Source: Octopus vulgaris
Taxonomy: Eukaryota
NCBI GenBank assembly: GCA_951406725.2
Contig: OX597828.1
Span: forward strand, 39,246,001-39,310,000
Length of the DNA: 64,000 nucleotides
Direction: 5' to 3'
Program-made: the position numbers and the translations under genes
Notes under the pieces: generated by a model
Told to the model about the DNA's origin: nothing
Database searches by the model: none
The model's input: only the letters and a program-made list of their open reading frames with translations
Shown: piece after piece, positions 25,593 to 39,301 of the stretch
How positions within the stretch are numbered: the stretch's first letter is position 1
Layout of the letters: each line of letters starts with the position of its first letter

Positions 25593-25802
25593 AAACAACC
25601 TGAATATTGGTCAGTGTACTTTTCATGAACTAATTCCAGCTAATAACCGAAATGAGTACCAATCTATATTACTGGTAAAAATGGAAAAAAAAAAAAAGAA
25701 AAAAAAAGATAATTAGGTATGTGAAAAAGGACATCCAGATCTGATGCAAATTACAAGTCTGGCAAAAAGTGAAATAGTGGGATGTATGCATATGTGTGTG
25801 AG

Positions 25803-25843
<41 letters not shown>

Positions 25844-26407
25844 ACACACACCCCAAATTATCCTTTGTATTCATCAATCTAATCCTTAATATAATAGTAA
25901 ATAGATAATATGAGTTGGGGGGGGGGGGGAGATTTCAAAAGAAAACCAGCAACAAACAACGCAAAAAAACAACCCCCTCTTCCCCACAAAGTATTATTAC
26001 TCGAATGAATAGCAAACTTCTATTGACATTTTATTAACATTAAGATCAATTGTGGAAGTTCTCGAAAGGGACAGGCTTTTCCTGTTCTTTTTGTTCGGTC
26101 TTATTTCCGTTAAGGAAGCTATTAAATAATTTAACCACCATTACAATTTTCAGTAGAGAATTAGTTCACATTTTTGGTGATTTCTTTTTTGCTTTTTGTT
26201 TTTAGCCATGTAGAATTTGAAATTATTTATGGAAAAATGATGATGATGGTGGTGATGATGATGGTGACGACAAGAATGATGAAAGAGATTCAAAATGTAA
26301 TGATGCCATAGAAAAATGGAAAAAGAATTTCAGTGAAAGACAAGTGAACTAATCATTAGCACAACCAAAGCAATGAGTTGCAACACACACACACACACAC
26401 ACACACA

Positions 26408-26607
26408 CGAGGCAGTTCTGAAAAGTTCCTTGCTTTGGGTAAAAGAAAATACAGGAGGACAGTTAATTATGATTTTATTCAACATATTCCCCTCTCAGAT
26501 TCACACACTTATTGCAACGGTCCTTCAGTTTTTCTAAGCCCTGTAAAAGAACTCAGAAGGTTAGGCCCCCAACCAGGCCTTTCGCAGACTTTTCAGCACC
26601 TGCTCAT
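26408..26607 (+). mobile_element. Mariner-type MITE
   Basis: Ends CGAGGCAGTTCTGAAAAGT / ACTTTTCAGCACCTGCTCA; a second copy lies in opposite orientation at 50935-51160. Confidence 0.7.
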
Positions 26608-26950
26608 ACATAACTTGAGATATATTTTTTAGGAGAGAAGAAAATAGAAATTGTGATATTCATGCCTTTCTTCTGCATGGGCCAATGAAAGTTATACATC
26701 CTACTCCCCTTTCTCATTCCACAAAATAGTAGATAAATAAAATAAAATAAAAATTTACATTTAAAATGTTCAAAATGGGAGTCAGAAACTGGTTCATAGA
26801 ATTGGTTCACAGGGAACTTTGTCACGTTATAAGCAAAATTATATACTAATAAATAAAAGGTTAAAATAATAAGCAGTAAGAAGTTGTATTGGGTTATATC
26901 ACATTTTAATTTCTTTTTTTCAACATTTATTAACATCATTTATTAATATA

Positions 26951-27370
26951 GGCGTAGGAGTGGCTGTGTGGTAAGTAGCTTGCTTACAAACCACATGGTT
27001 CTGGGTTCAGTCCCACTGCATGGCACCTTGGGCAAGTGTCTTCTACTATAGCCTCGGGCCGACCAAAGCCTTGTGAGTGGATTTGGTAGACGGAAACTGA
27101 AAGAAGCTCGTCGTATATATGTATGTATGTGTGTGTATATATTTGTGTGTCTGTGTTTGTCCCCCCACATCACTTGACAATCGATGCTGCTGTGTTTATG
27201 TCCCCGTAACTTAGCGGATCGGCAAAAGAGACCGATAGATTAAGTACTAGGCATACAAAGAATAAGTCCTGGGGCCGATTTGCTCAGCTAAAGGCGGTGC
27301 TCCAGCATGGCCACAGTCAAATGACTGAAACAAGTAAAAGAGTAAAAAAAAAAAAAAAGAGTAAAAGAGT
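26951..27370 (+). mobile_element. SINE family A, full length
   Basis: All family A segments are present. Confidence 0.9.
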
Positions 27371-27664
27371 AATCAGTATTTTAAAGAGAGCCCACACACC
27401 CGCTCCAAAGTAACCAGAAATGGTAGACTATCAAACTACATGTATGGGAGTATTTAGTTATGTCTATCTTCATTCAGAGTTGAAATCCTGCTTTGCAATT
27501 AATTATCCCAGGTTGATGAAGTAAGTACCAGTATGATGTTGAGGTCAATGCAAACATGTGACCTTGTGCCAAAGTAATAACCCCTTATTTTAAAAGAAAA
27601 ACATGCTAAATTTATCTTCGTCATTTTCTATCTTCATATTGTCTGAACACCCAATTACGCACTG

Positions 27665-27915
27665 CCAGCAAGTGCCTGGCACCTGCCACACACCATCAGT
27701 AAGTGCATGGAGACAACCATAATGCCATTGGCACAAGGCTAGTGTCTGTTACACACCATAGGCAAGTGCCTGGTGCATGCCATATGTTGTAGGCAAGTGC
27801 TTGGTGCCTGCCAGACACCATTGGTAAGCACCAGGCACTGGCCATATGCTATAAGCAAGTGCCTGCTACCTGCCTCGCACAATCGGCAAGTGTGCCTGGT
27901 GCCTGTCACGCACTG
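27665..27915. repeat. Degenerate ~31-bp minisatellite, about 8 units
   Basis: Recurring CAAGTGCCTGGTGCCTGCCA plus a variable ~11 nt. Confidence 0.75.
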
Positions 27916-27937
27916 TCAACAAATCTGACTATATTCT

Positions 27938-28130
27938 TCATCATCATCGTTTAACATCCGCTTTCTATGCTAGCATGGGTTGGAAGATTTGACTGAGGAC
28001 TGGCGAACCAGATGGCTGCACCAGGCTCCAATCTGATCTGGCAGAGTTTCTACAGCTAGATGCCCTTCCTAACGCCAACCACTCTGAGAGTGTAGTGGGT
28101 GCTTTTACATGCCACCAGTACAAGGGCCAG
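27938..28130 (-). mobile_element. RTE LINE 3'-end fragment
   Basis: Nearly identical to 12823-13030. Confidence 0.85.
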
Positions 28131-29892
28131 TCTTCAATTATATATTGACAAACTGAGCTACAAAACAGATGCAACATGCTCTATGATGCAAAATCTATGC
28201 AGTTGTTGTTACTTGATTTAACCAAGCTTAATTTTGATTGAGCAGACCTATGATTAAAAAGAATCCAACCATGGCCTTAACTATTTAGTAAGTCTCTTCA
28301 ATCACATTGTCTATCACTCTGGTAGGATGCAGTTTGAGGGAGATTTGTTTACTGTTTCCTGATGATCACTATAAAAGACCACCTGACTCCAAGATCTCAG
28401 ATGCTCTAAGACATAAGAGACTCTAAGACTGCAAAGCACTTAAGACCTCAGAAGGTAAGATGATGGTCCTCAGGCTTTGTGTTGTTCAGAAGTTGTGATG
28501 TTGTGTTGTGATGTTGTGTTGTGATGCGTGTGAGAGTATGTATGTCTATGTGAAAATGTGTGTGTTTTTGGGAGTGTTTACAAGACTATACGTATGTGTG
28601 TGTGAGTATATGCATATGAGAGCGTGTGTATTTTTATATAATCTTGTGTATGTGTGTGTGTGAAATTAGAATCATTGATTTTAATTAAAATTATGAAATG
28701 TCTTGTTTGGTACCAAGATTAACCAGACTTTAGAGACTTCAGTTACAGAACTTGGGCTTTTATAATAGAAAATATTAAAAGATAGCTGTTATGGAAACCC
28801 AACCAATATTATATAAGAAACATGGTGATGTTAGCTGAGGCCAACATGGCTGGTCTTAAATATGACAGGAGCTAAGAATAAAGATGGTGGTAATAATGGT
28901 TGTGAAAGAAGAAGAAGGAATAAAACAAGTGGAAAAAATAGAAAAGCAAAAAAGAATAAATAAGAAAGAAAAGAGTTGAAGAAAGAGGGGAAGAAAAAAA
29001 AACACAGAAAAAATTAGGGAAAAGGGAAAGAAAGAAAGCAAAAGAAATTAGAAAAGTACATTATTAAAAAAAAAAACCCCAATTTTTTGTTTTATTTGCA
29101 TTCAGTCATTCAAGAGAAAGAAATTCAATTTTCTGAGATGGTCAAGTGGGAAAAAAAAAAAAAAATAAATGCATAAAAAGAATAAGGAACTGGAGGGAGA
29201 ATAAAAAATCTTCAGTTTTTGTAAACTTAATGTCAGATAATGTATGTAAGGTGGTTGGGGTGGGGGTGTGAATAAAGGGGAGATAATTGGGAAGCGGTGG
29301 TGGTGATGGTGGTGGTGGTCTATATGTGGAGCGGCGGTGGAAGGAAGGAAGTCAAAGAGACATTGTTACAAACAAGAGCAACAAACAGAAGCAATAAGTA
29401 AAAATATAGTTAATGTCTTGAAAATGTCAGGACTTCTGGAGAAGTGTCAATAATCAAGAATGGCAGCAATTGGATTAGAGATTTATAAGAAATATAATAA
29501 GTGGTGTGTGTGATTTTACACACACACACATATATATATATTTGAGGGAGTGAGGGTGAAAGAGTGAAACAAAGGCAGGGAAAGAGGTGAGAAAGCCAAG
29601 AAAAGAAATGGTAAGAGATAGAAAGGAGGAGGGTACATATACACATACATACACATAAACAATTATATTGTGTGTGTACATATTTGGACATGTGTTTATC
29701 ATGATGCTCTATGTATGTGTGTGTATAACATACATAATTGCTTCTAAAACTCCTGATGGCATTGTAAGGACACCGTTGTGACAGAGAAATGTAAAAATTT
29801 CAGTCCGTCTTTGAAATAAAAGGAGGGGGGGGTTTAAAATTTTAAAAATGAAGCGTAATTCAAATTGTTGGACTTTTCTACTAACAATTATT

Positions 29893-30700
29893 ACCATCAT
29901 CATCATCATTGTTTTAATATCCAATTTTCCACGCTTCCATGGGTCAGATGGAAATCATTAAGGCAGATTTTCAACAGCTGGTGTGCCTTTCCTGTCACCA
30001 ACACTCGCCTGTTTCCAGGCAAGCTATTATTTCCCCATGACTGGACATTTTTTCATGGAAGACTAGAAACAAATAGCACCGCTTGTGAAGCGATATTTAA
30101 TACTATTTTCTACTTTTAGCTGTAACCCTGTAGCATTTAAACCGCTCATAACCAGCCCAAAATGTTCAACTTGTTTTATATTCAAACCGGCCAGATCTGA
30201 CCTCTCACACCTACCTCACAATGTCATTCTCAAAATAAACAATCACATCACCAAAATCTTGAAGCTAAGAGATAATGCCTGATTAACTTAAAACAATGTG
30301 AATAAATAAGCCTAACATTAATAGAGTAATCTGGCTTTGGTTGAGCTGAAGGTATAGTAGAAGACACTTGCCCAGAAGGCGGTGAGCTGGCAGAAACGTT
30401 AGCATGCCGGGCGAAATGCTTAGCAGTATTTCGTCTGCTGTTAGTTCAAATTCCGCTGAAGTCGACTTTGCCTTTCATCCTTTCTGGGTCAATAAATTAA
30501 GCACCAGTTATGCACTGGGGTCGATGTAATCGACTTAATCCCTTTGTCTGTCCTCGTTTGTCCCCTCTATGTTTAGCCCCTTGTGGGCAATAAAGAAATA
30601 AGAAGACTCTTGCCCAAGGTACCATGCCGTAGGATTGAACCTGAAATCATGGGACTGGGAAGCAAACTCCTCAACCACACAGCCATAAATGCACCTATGC
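29893..30700. mobile_element. Nested stack: SINE D (minus) interrupted by a piggyBac-type MITE (30124-30332) and a SINE B (30375-30600, plus)
   Basis: The B copy is flanked by the 16-bp TSD AGAAGAC(A/T)CTTGCCCA at 30359-30374 and 30601-30616. Confidence 0.8.
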
Positions 30701-31115
30701 TGACTTGCAAGGATTTCTGCTCTTCATCATTTACCAAAATGACCACCCATCACCACAAATTATTAAATGTCTACACATCTCGTTTCTGTCCTAGTATAGA
30801 GACACATGTTATGATTATAACATTGATATTTGCCATGTTTGTTGTTTTGTTTTGTTTTGTTTTTCTACTCTAATTTCTATTCCAAACTTGGTGGAGGCTC
30901 TATCAAAGTGATTGACCAAATCTGACCAATTTATCTCTACTTCTTACCAGTCTATTAATGGTCATCAACAAATCTTAGATTTGTGGTAATCTTTCTTCCA
31001 TTATTCACCGTGCCCACATGGACTTCAATGGCATCACTCATGATACTTTCTAGAAAACTATTGAAGAGAGTAGAAGCAGGGAATGAGGTAGCCCTGGTGG
31101 ATTTCTTTGGTACTA
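30700..31115 (-). mobile_element. Decayed RTE-clade reverse transcriptase fragment
   Basis: Minus strand reads EIHQGYL..STLFNSFLESIMSDAIEVHVGTVNNGRKITTNLRFVDD, cf. RTE QGC.LSP.LFN...NLRFADD; frameshifts and stops present. Confidence 0.7.
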
Positions 31116-33774
31116 TGCACCCAACCCCACTTCATGGTGGTCCATAGAGCATTATATCAGACTATCGAATACTTTCTCAATGCCTATCAGAATATATTAC
31201 AATTCTCTTTGGTACCAAAGGTGTGTGAACACAGGCGTGTGCGTGTGTGCATGTGTGTGTATGCGTTTATTTGTTTGTTTGTCTATAGTCAGGATAGAAA
31301 GCCAGTAATATCAGTTCATCAAGACCAAAATTTCATTATGAGAAAATTAGTGATTTAATCTAATTAAGAACAATATCCTTTTGATCTCCTGCAGAGGGAA
31401 CAATTGCTATTTCTATTGTTTGGCAGCCAGACAGTCTTGCTTCTCTTTTCATCACAATTCTAAACGGTTACTAAATGAAATAACCATGGAATCAAAAAGG
31501 ATTTATCTCATCTTCAGAATATATATATATTATGATCATTGTTTTTATGTCCATACTAGGATGGGTGGGACAGATCACAGTCTGAGCAAGTTTTTATTTG
31601 GAATTACAGCATTCCCAGACAGCTTAGGGACCATGCATCTCTCTATGTTTTATTTTTGGCATCTTTTCTATGGCAAGAAGCCCTTCCTGTTGTGCACTAC
31701 TTTTCAAAGTGCAGCAAGTGCATCTTATAGCACCAACACTAGAGAAATTATCCCAACCTCAGTATGACTGAAGAGCGCTCACTTTCTCTCCCTCCACACC
31801 CGTCATCATTTACTGTGACCTGTATTAGAGGCTTGTCTCATCAGTAGCAGCTAAGCGAAAGCCCGTACCCCTTCATGTGTACTCTTACAATTAACATATG
31901 AAGTCTACCTTCTGTCAGCATGCCTGTGATCTCATGCATCTCTTATAAGCTTACAATTTATAATGGTGACTGGGCACACCTTATGGAATTCCTACCTATT
32001 CTTTTTCATCATATCAAGTAATATATATATATATATATAACCATCATCATCAACATTTCATATCTGTTTTCCATACAGGCATTGGTTGGAGGGCGAGACA
32101 GGAACTGGCAAAACCAGGGGTCACACCAAATTCCATAGTCTGTTTTGGGTTGTTTTTTACTGGTGGATGCCCTTCCTGATGCCAACCAGCACCAAATTAA
32201 GAGGCACCAGCACCAAATTCAATGTACAGTATATGGATTTATATAATCCAGTGGCAATCACAAAAAAGTACCTTTAGTGGACCCAGCTACATACTAAATA
32301 GTAAACCTATATGTAGGAGTGTAATGCAGGGTCTTATGCAGTTGAAATCTAGTAAATCCAATCAGTGAAAATTATTTCATGGGTAGTATGTATATAGAAT
32401 ACAAACTCAGGAGGTATGAGATGAATATATCTCATCAGTTGATATCCTATGGAGCCCTCCATAACAAAGAGATCTGCCTTTCATGTAGGACTACCTCCCT
32501 CTCACTCTACAGTCAAGGGCATCTTGAAAAAAGGTTATCAATACAGTTCTTCTTCTAAGACAAAAAAAAAAAAAAGACCCAGTGAAGGTAAAATTAGAAG
32601 TTTTGGCTATTATTTCCTGCATGACAAACAGTCACAGAGGTGTTATCTCATTAACTGCCACAGTCTGTTGGTCACGCTGCATACTGATTAATTACAAAGA
32701 ATTGTAATTTTTTTTTTTTTGTGGCATTTCTACAATATTTCATAATTCAACTTTAATATCTAGCATTCATGTAATTTAAATATCCTTGAAAACATGTCAA
32801 AGATACAGAATAAAATATTTTCTCAAATTATGAAAATGTACCACTGGCGGTGCATAGAGTGGCTGTGTGAAGTTTGCCATGAACCACCAACGGTACATAT
32901 ATGTGGCAGTTAACATGTTAATTTCCTTCAACTCCTGGCCACTATCCACCACCATTTTACAAACTTTGCCTCCATCCTCATCAATCTTATAACTTTCATC
33001 TTATCCATCCTCCTCACATTTGCACCATCTGCCTCTGGTTAAACAAGCATCATTTGATACAGTTGATCTCCAACTTTCTTTCTATTTTGTTTCAAGCTCA
33101 ATCTACATCTCAAACAGTGAAAAGAAAAAAGAAAAAGAAAAGCCAACAACTAAAAAAAAAAAACAAAAAAATAAAAAAAGTCTTCAACAGATATTTTTAC
33201 TCATCTCATTTTCCTTCTTAGTTCCTATCACTACTGTTTCTCTGTCTAACAATATTTTATGTCTAATTTGTGCAGAATACTGCTCGCTATACAGAAATTC
33301 CCTCGTTGTTCACAACAGAACCATGAACTATTAACCATTTAGACTAGTCACTGTATTACTCACTGCCACCTCCATCGATACTGATTAGGTCAAATCAAAT
33401 AATATGAAATGAGTCACCTTCTTAAGATCCTAGACAGGCGTGTACTGTCTATGGGTTTTATCAGTGCAATAAAAATGTTAATTCTGATTGCAGTATTAAG
33501 ACTGCAGTCTATATAGTACTGAATACTTAGTTACAACTTCTCTTGCATGAAAGAAAGCAAGGTTGCTTACTCAGTTTATAAAAAAAAAAAACCCACTAAA
33601 ATATGTTTTTCAAAATATTAATCTTCAGTTCCTTTCATTCAACTTTTAATTATTTTCTAAGCTTTCTAACCCTTAACCTGTCATTTGGATTGATTTGGAT
33701 TGCCCATGTTCAGTCTACTGCAGGACAAGAGCCTCAGCATCTTCTCTTCGCCAACCATGGTCTGATGTGGAGAC

Positions 33775-34042
33775 AAGGGCTGTGGAGTCAAAACAAAAAA
33801 CTTCAACTCTGACACCGACTTCTGTACTATTAACACCTCCGACTCTGACTCCTCTAAGCAATTGATTGTGGTCTACATATCTCATAAAGCATATGCATAC
33901 GCTTGTACTTTTGAGCAGGCCTATATGTTATAACTGGTTTATATTAAAGAATAAAGACATTGCGAGTTGGAATAGTTTTACCGACTCTGACTCCAACTCC
34001 AGCTACCCCTTAATTATTTCCGACTCCGACTCCACAGCCCTG
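33775..34042. mobile_element. hAT-superfamily MITE with perfect 8-bp TSD
   Basis: TSD GTGGAGAC at 33767-33774 and 34043-34050; TIRs (A)AGGGCTGTGGAGTC / GACTCCACAGCCCTG; subterminal CCGACT repeats. Confidence 0.85.
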
Positions 34043-34154
34043 GTGGAGACCATGAATCTGAGCTGGAGATCATACTGGTTTGATGAGCTTACTCGGCCAC
34101 ACTGCTTCAACATGGCTTGACAGAGAGATGCAGTTTTGTACTCATACCTAGGAG

Positions 34155-34327
34155 TAGTTAAGTCGATTACAATGACCCCAGTGCACAACTGGTACTTATT
34201 TTATCGACCTTAAAAGGACGAGAGGCAAAGTTAACCTTGGAGGAATTTGAACTCAGAACACAAAGACAGGCGAAATACCGCAAAGCATTTCACCCAGCAC
34301 AATATCAATTCTGCTAGCTTGCTGCCT
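34155..34327 (-). mobile_element. SINE family B
   Basis: Reverse complement of the B core and head. Confidence 0.8.
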
Positions 34328-34349
34328 ATCATTATGAATTTAAGATAAT

Positions 34350-34445
34350 TGCTGGGGATTTTGATTTTAATATACTTCAAGAGCAGAATGAACGAAGTAG
34401 GACTGAAAACATAGCCTTGGTAGTCACCCAGTTCAACTTCAAACA
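34350..34445 (-). mobile_element. Short decayed LINE RT fragment
   Basis: FEVELGDYQGYVFSPTSFILLLKY resembles the RT motif F.V..GV.QG.VLSP.LF. Confidence 0.5.
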
Positions 34446-34466
34446 TCATGCATATATAATCCTCAA

Positions 34467-34955
34467 GGGCAGCAGGCAGGCAGAAAAGTTAGCACAGTGA
34501 ACCAAATGTTCAATGGTAATTCTTCTGGATTTATGTTCTGAGTTCAAATTCCACTATAGCTAACTCTGCCTTTCATCCTTTCAGGGTTGATAAAATAAGT
34601 ACCAGTTGAGCACTGTAATCAACTGGCCCCTTTCCCTAAAAGTTCAGGTCTCGTGCTTATAGGCGCATGGCTTAGTGGTTAGGGTGTTGCACTCACAATT
34701 GCGAGATCATGGGTTCAATTACCACACTGGGCATTGCGTTGTGTCGTGTTCTTGAGCAAAGCACTTCATTTCATGTTGCTCTGCGATCATTTCAACATCT
34801 GACATGTTATACCTGTACAGGTAATTTTGATTTGATGGAGGGAGAGAGCTTATGTCTACACAAACATTTGGTAATTATAAATTCATCATCTGTGTGGTTG
34901 TTCTGTAAGAAACTGTTAAACCCTCATAGGTCGTCTAATGACAGGAGGGTCCATT
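34467..34955 (+). mobile_element. SINE family B (34467-34660) followed by a family C-type SINE (34662-34955)
   Basis: B core, then GGCGCATGGCTTAGTGGTTAGGG..GGGTTCAATT..GTTCTTGAGCAAAGCACTT. Confidence 0.75.
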
Positions 34956-34964
34956 ATATATATA

Positions 34965-35300
34965 CGCGAGCTAAGCTAAGTTGAACTGTCTAAAGTCGTA
35001 AGACACCCGCTGTTTTTGTCCTGTTATTACTATTATTGTTTTTTGTATTTATATTTGTGTGGCATCATCCGTTTTTCTGTCCTTGTTTCGTATACATTCG
35101 ATCCTTTTTCCAAGAAATCTAATGCTCGTAGCTTAGTTTTTCCTTGGGGCTGGCTGGATCGGAGCGATCTCAAGATTAATCAGCCGAAATTGCGAGGATG
35201 ATCCAGTTCTTGACTGAAGATTACAGGCTTCGAATGACCCGTCCGTTTTTTGTGTCGTCTATTTGAGTGTTTTGCGTTCTTGTCCCATTTAGTATTTTTT
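34965..35300. mobile_element. CpG-rich unclassified repeat-like segment (possibly a Penelope-like terminal repeat)
   Basis: Abruptly CpG-rich block bounded by (TA)n; no coding motif recognised. Confidence 0.3.
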
Positions 35301-35570
35301 TATATATATTTTTTATACATATATATATATATATAGATAGAGAGAGAGAGAGGGGGGGGAGACAGAGAGATCAAATCATAAATAAATGTTATCAAATACC
35401 TATCCACAGCATTTTTATTTACATTTCTGAAATCTTGGCAAAGTAGAAAATCATCTTAAAATGACAGTTTTTCATTAAAATGCTAATTATAAGATGGAAG
35501 TAACTTGTCTAGATTTACATTGTTGCATCTGAAACTCAATTACTTAAAATTTACTTATTACAAACAAATT

Positions 35571-35768
35571 CTTTTACTTGTTTCAGTCATTTGACTGTGG
35601 CCACGCTGGAGCACTGCCTTTTTAGTCAAGCAAATCGACTCCAGGACTTATTCTTTGTAAGCCTAGTACTTATTCTATCAATCTCTTTTGCCGAACCGCT
35701 AAGTTACGGGGACATAAACACACCAGCATTGGTTGTCAAGTGATGCTGGGGGGACAAACACAGACACA

Positions 35769-35809
<41 letters not shown>

Positions 35810-36010
35810 CATATATATATACATACATACATATATACATACATATATATATATACATACATATATATATACATACATATATATATACATACATATATAC
35901 ATACATATATATATATATACATACATATATATATACATACATATATATATATATACATACATATATATATATACATATATATATATACATACATATATAT
36001 ATACATAATA

Positions 36011-36050
<40 letters not shown>

Positions 36051-36587
36051 CATACATATATATATACATACATACATATATATATACATACATACATATA
36101 TATATACATACATACATATATATATACATACATACATATATATACATACATACATATATATATACATACATACATATATATATACATACATATATATATA
36201 TACATACATATATATATATATACATACATATATATATATACATACATATATATATATACATACATATATATATATACATACATATATATATATACATACA
36301 TATATATATATATACATACATATATATATATACATACATATATATATATACATACATATATATATATACATACATATATATATATACATACATATATATA
36401 TATACATACATATATATATACATACATATATATATATACATACATATATATATATACATACATATATATATACATACATATATATATATACATACATAAT
36501 ATATATAATATATATATATATACATACATATATATATATACATACATATATATATATATATACATACATATATATATATATACATAC

Positions 36588-36648
<61 letters not shown>

Positions 36649-36690
36649 TACATATATATATACATATATACATATATAATATATATATAC

Positions 36691-36759
<69 letters not shown>

Positions 36760-36763
36760 CATA

Positions 36764-36851
<88 letters not shown>

Positions 36852-37013
36852 CATACATATATATATATATATATACATACATATATATGACGGGCTTCTT
36901 TCAATTTCTGTCTACTAAATCCACTCACAAGGCTTGTCCAAGGTGCCATGCAGTAGGACTGAACCTGGAACCATGTGGTTCGTAAGTAAGCTACTTACCA
37001 CACAGCCACTCCT
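35571..37013 (-). mobile_element. SINE family A with a ~1.1-kb expanded internal microsatellite
   Basis: Tail/body at 35571-35770 and head at 36889-37013. Confidence 0.9.
35773..36888. repeat. Compound (TA)n(TACA)m microsatellite, about 1.1 kb
   Basis: Directly visible; source of the 380-416 aa Y/I/M/V ORFs. Confidence 0.95.
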
Positions 37014-38869
37014 ATATATACAAAATTTCATGTACTTTCTCCACACTTTTACCGGACGTTCCAATTTAATTTATTGAGCATGCACTGAATTCACCCTAGC
37101 ATAGAAAACAGGCACTAAATGTAATGCTTATTATTATGATGATGATGCATACACACACACACACACACATGTACGTATATATATGTAAGTGCAAATTTGT
37201 ATGCTTTATGTATGTATTCTCATGCATATAGTTGCATATCTAGACATGGTCATATATATTTAAATGATAAACTTCTAGAAAGCTTTACAGATTTTTACAG
37301 TTCCAATGATGGATTGGATCTGTAGTCCACGAATTAGCTTTCTCCTTTCTAGTTTTGAAAAGCCTAATTTCTCAAGATTGGTATTTAGGTAGTGTGTTAC
37401 ATATCCCAGGACTCCTGTGTATCTTTTGTGTACAAAGAGATGTACAACAACTACTATTAAGTTGAGAGCTTCATATAGATTATTATTATAGTCCAGTTTG
37501 CTTCCAGTAAGCAACTACTTAGTATTACTAAGTTATGATATACAGAGCGAATGTAGTCGAAATTATATTTATTTTGAAGTATCTTTTTGGTAAATGTTTG
37601 GTTGAAAATATATCTAGAGAACGATGAAAGCTGATTATATCAATAATAATGATAAAAATAAAGAAAAAAAAGAGGGCAGAGAGTCAGTTTCATTCTCCTC
37701 CTCATTCAGATAATTCCTCCAACTTTGGTTCCTTATTTTCTGTAACTCAATCAGAGCAGAAAGAACAGACAAATGCAGAGGTAGGGGAGAAACTTGAAAA
37801 AATAACATTATCTGGTATCTTAGACTAACAAAAGGTAAATATATAGAAAAACTGTTGCATAGTGTATGTGTACACACACATATATATCCCCACCACACAC
37901 ACACACACACACACACACACGTGTGTGTGTCACAATTGATTATGGCTTGGAGAAAGATGGATATACATATTTTAACTTTTTAGAAAGTATAATGCTCATA
38001 ACATTCCCCAGAGAATGAGATTAAATATCCAGACTTACTAGAATCCTTTAAACAACTTCTCTCTGGTAATCAAAAACAATAGATTTAATAATTGCTTTTT
38101 AGCTAAGATTCTTCACCAACAGACATGCTGCTAATGTAGCAAAGATAACTTTGTCTCAATTAATCTGAGACTATACCTGTATTGAAGGCAGGTGCAACAT
38201 TAATGTAACATTGTCGAACAATATTTGGGGAAAAAACCAAATGAAAGCAAGGATACTAATTCAATTCAAACAGAAAAATGTTTTTGTTTTTTTCAAATTT
38301 CTTTGAAATACACGAACACACTAGAATCTCTTTTATTTGCAAAGAAGTAAAAATGCCTGGTTTGCTAGATCTAAGTCGACTAAGGATTAAACAACAAGAG
38401 GAACAAATTGGGTAATTTCGATTGAGAGAAATTATGTCTGGAAAGGCAAGGTGGTCATAGATGGAATGCTGCTGATCATAAGTGTACTTAATCAGGATCA
38501 ACTTAGGACAAAACAACAACACAAACAAGAAAAATCATTCAAGATGGTTTGGTAAGATATAGTCCCATACATAAAGAAAAAAAAATACTGCACTTGCTGA
38601 TTTGCAATATGGAAAACTCTCTATACAAGTAGTTTTCAACTGCAGCTCCCAGGGCCACATGTGGTCCCCAATGGTCTTCCTTCTATAATTATAATAAAAT
38701 TTTCTTTTATTGACTTGTGTTTCATATTTTTCAGTGAAGCCCCCAAAAAATATCCAGGTTTGGATCTAACCTAGCAACTGCCGCACTCACTAGAAATAGT
38801 AGTCAAATCTCTTGGAAATCACACATTACTGTCATAAGTGAAGGACACTGAATAATGTAATCATATATA

Positions 38870-39251
38870 GGTGCAGTAGTTACTGTGTGGTTAGAAGCTT
38901 GTTTCCCAACCACATGGTTCCAGGTTCAGTGCTACTACATGGCACCTTGGGCAAGTACCTTCTGCTATAGCCTTGGGTTGACCAAAGCCTTGTGTGTGGA
39001 TTTGGTAGATGGAAACTGAAAGAAGCCTGTCATATATACCTACATGTGTATATTTGTGCTTGTTTTTGTCCCCGCACTATCGCTTGACAACCTATGTTGA
39101 TGTGTTTATGTCCCCTGTAACTTAGCGGTTCGGCAAAAGAGACTGATAGAATAGGTACTAGACTTACAAAGCATAAGTCCTGGTGTTGATCTTTTCAACT
39201 TAAAGGCGAAGCTCCAGCATGGCCACAGTCAAATGACTGAAACAAATAAAA
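38870..39251 (+). mobile_element. SINE family A
   Basis: Head GGTGCAGTAGTTACTGTGTGGTTAG through tail ATGACTGAAACAAATAAAA. Confidence 0.85.
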
Positions 39252-39301
39252 GCATATCTCATTCTTTTCAGGTGCTACACCAGTAGGCATCAACCAAGGA
39301 T

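Noticed and set aside
27665-27915. CRISPR-like repeat/spacer pattern
   Set aside because: Repeats are degenerate, variable parts are only ~11 nt and related to each other.
35699-36949. 380-416 aa ORFs on both strands
   Set aside because: Translations of a (TA/TACA)n microsatellite inside a SINE.
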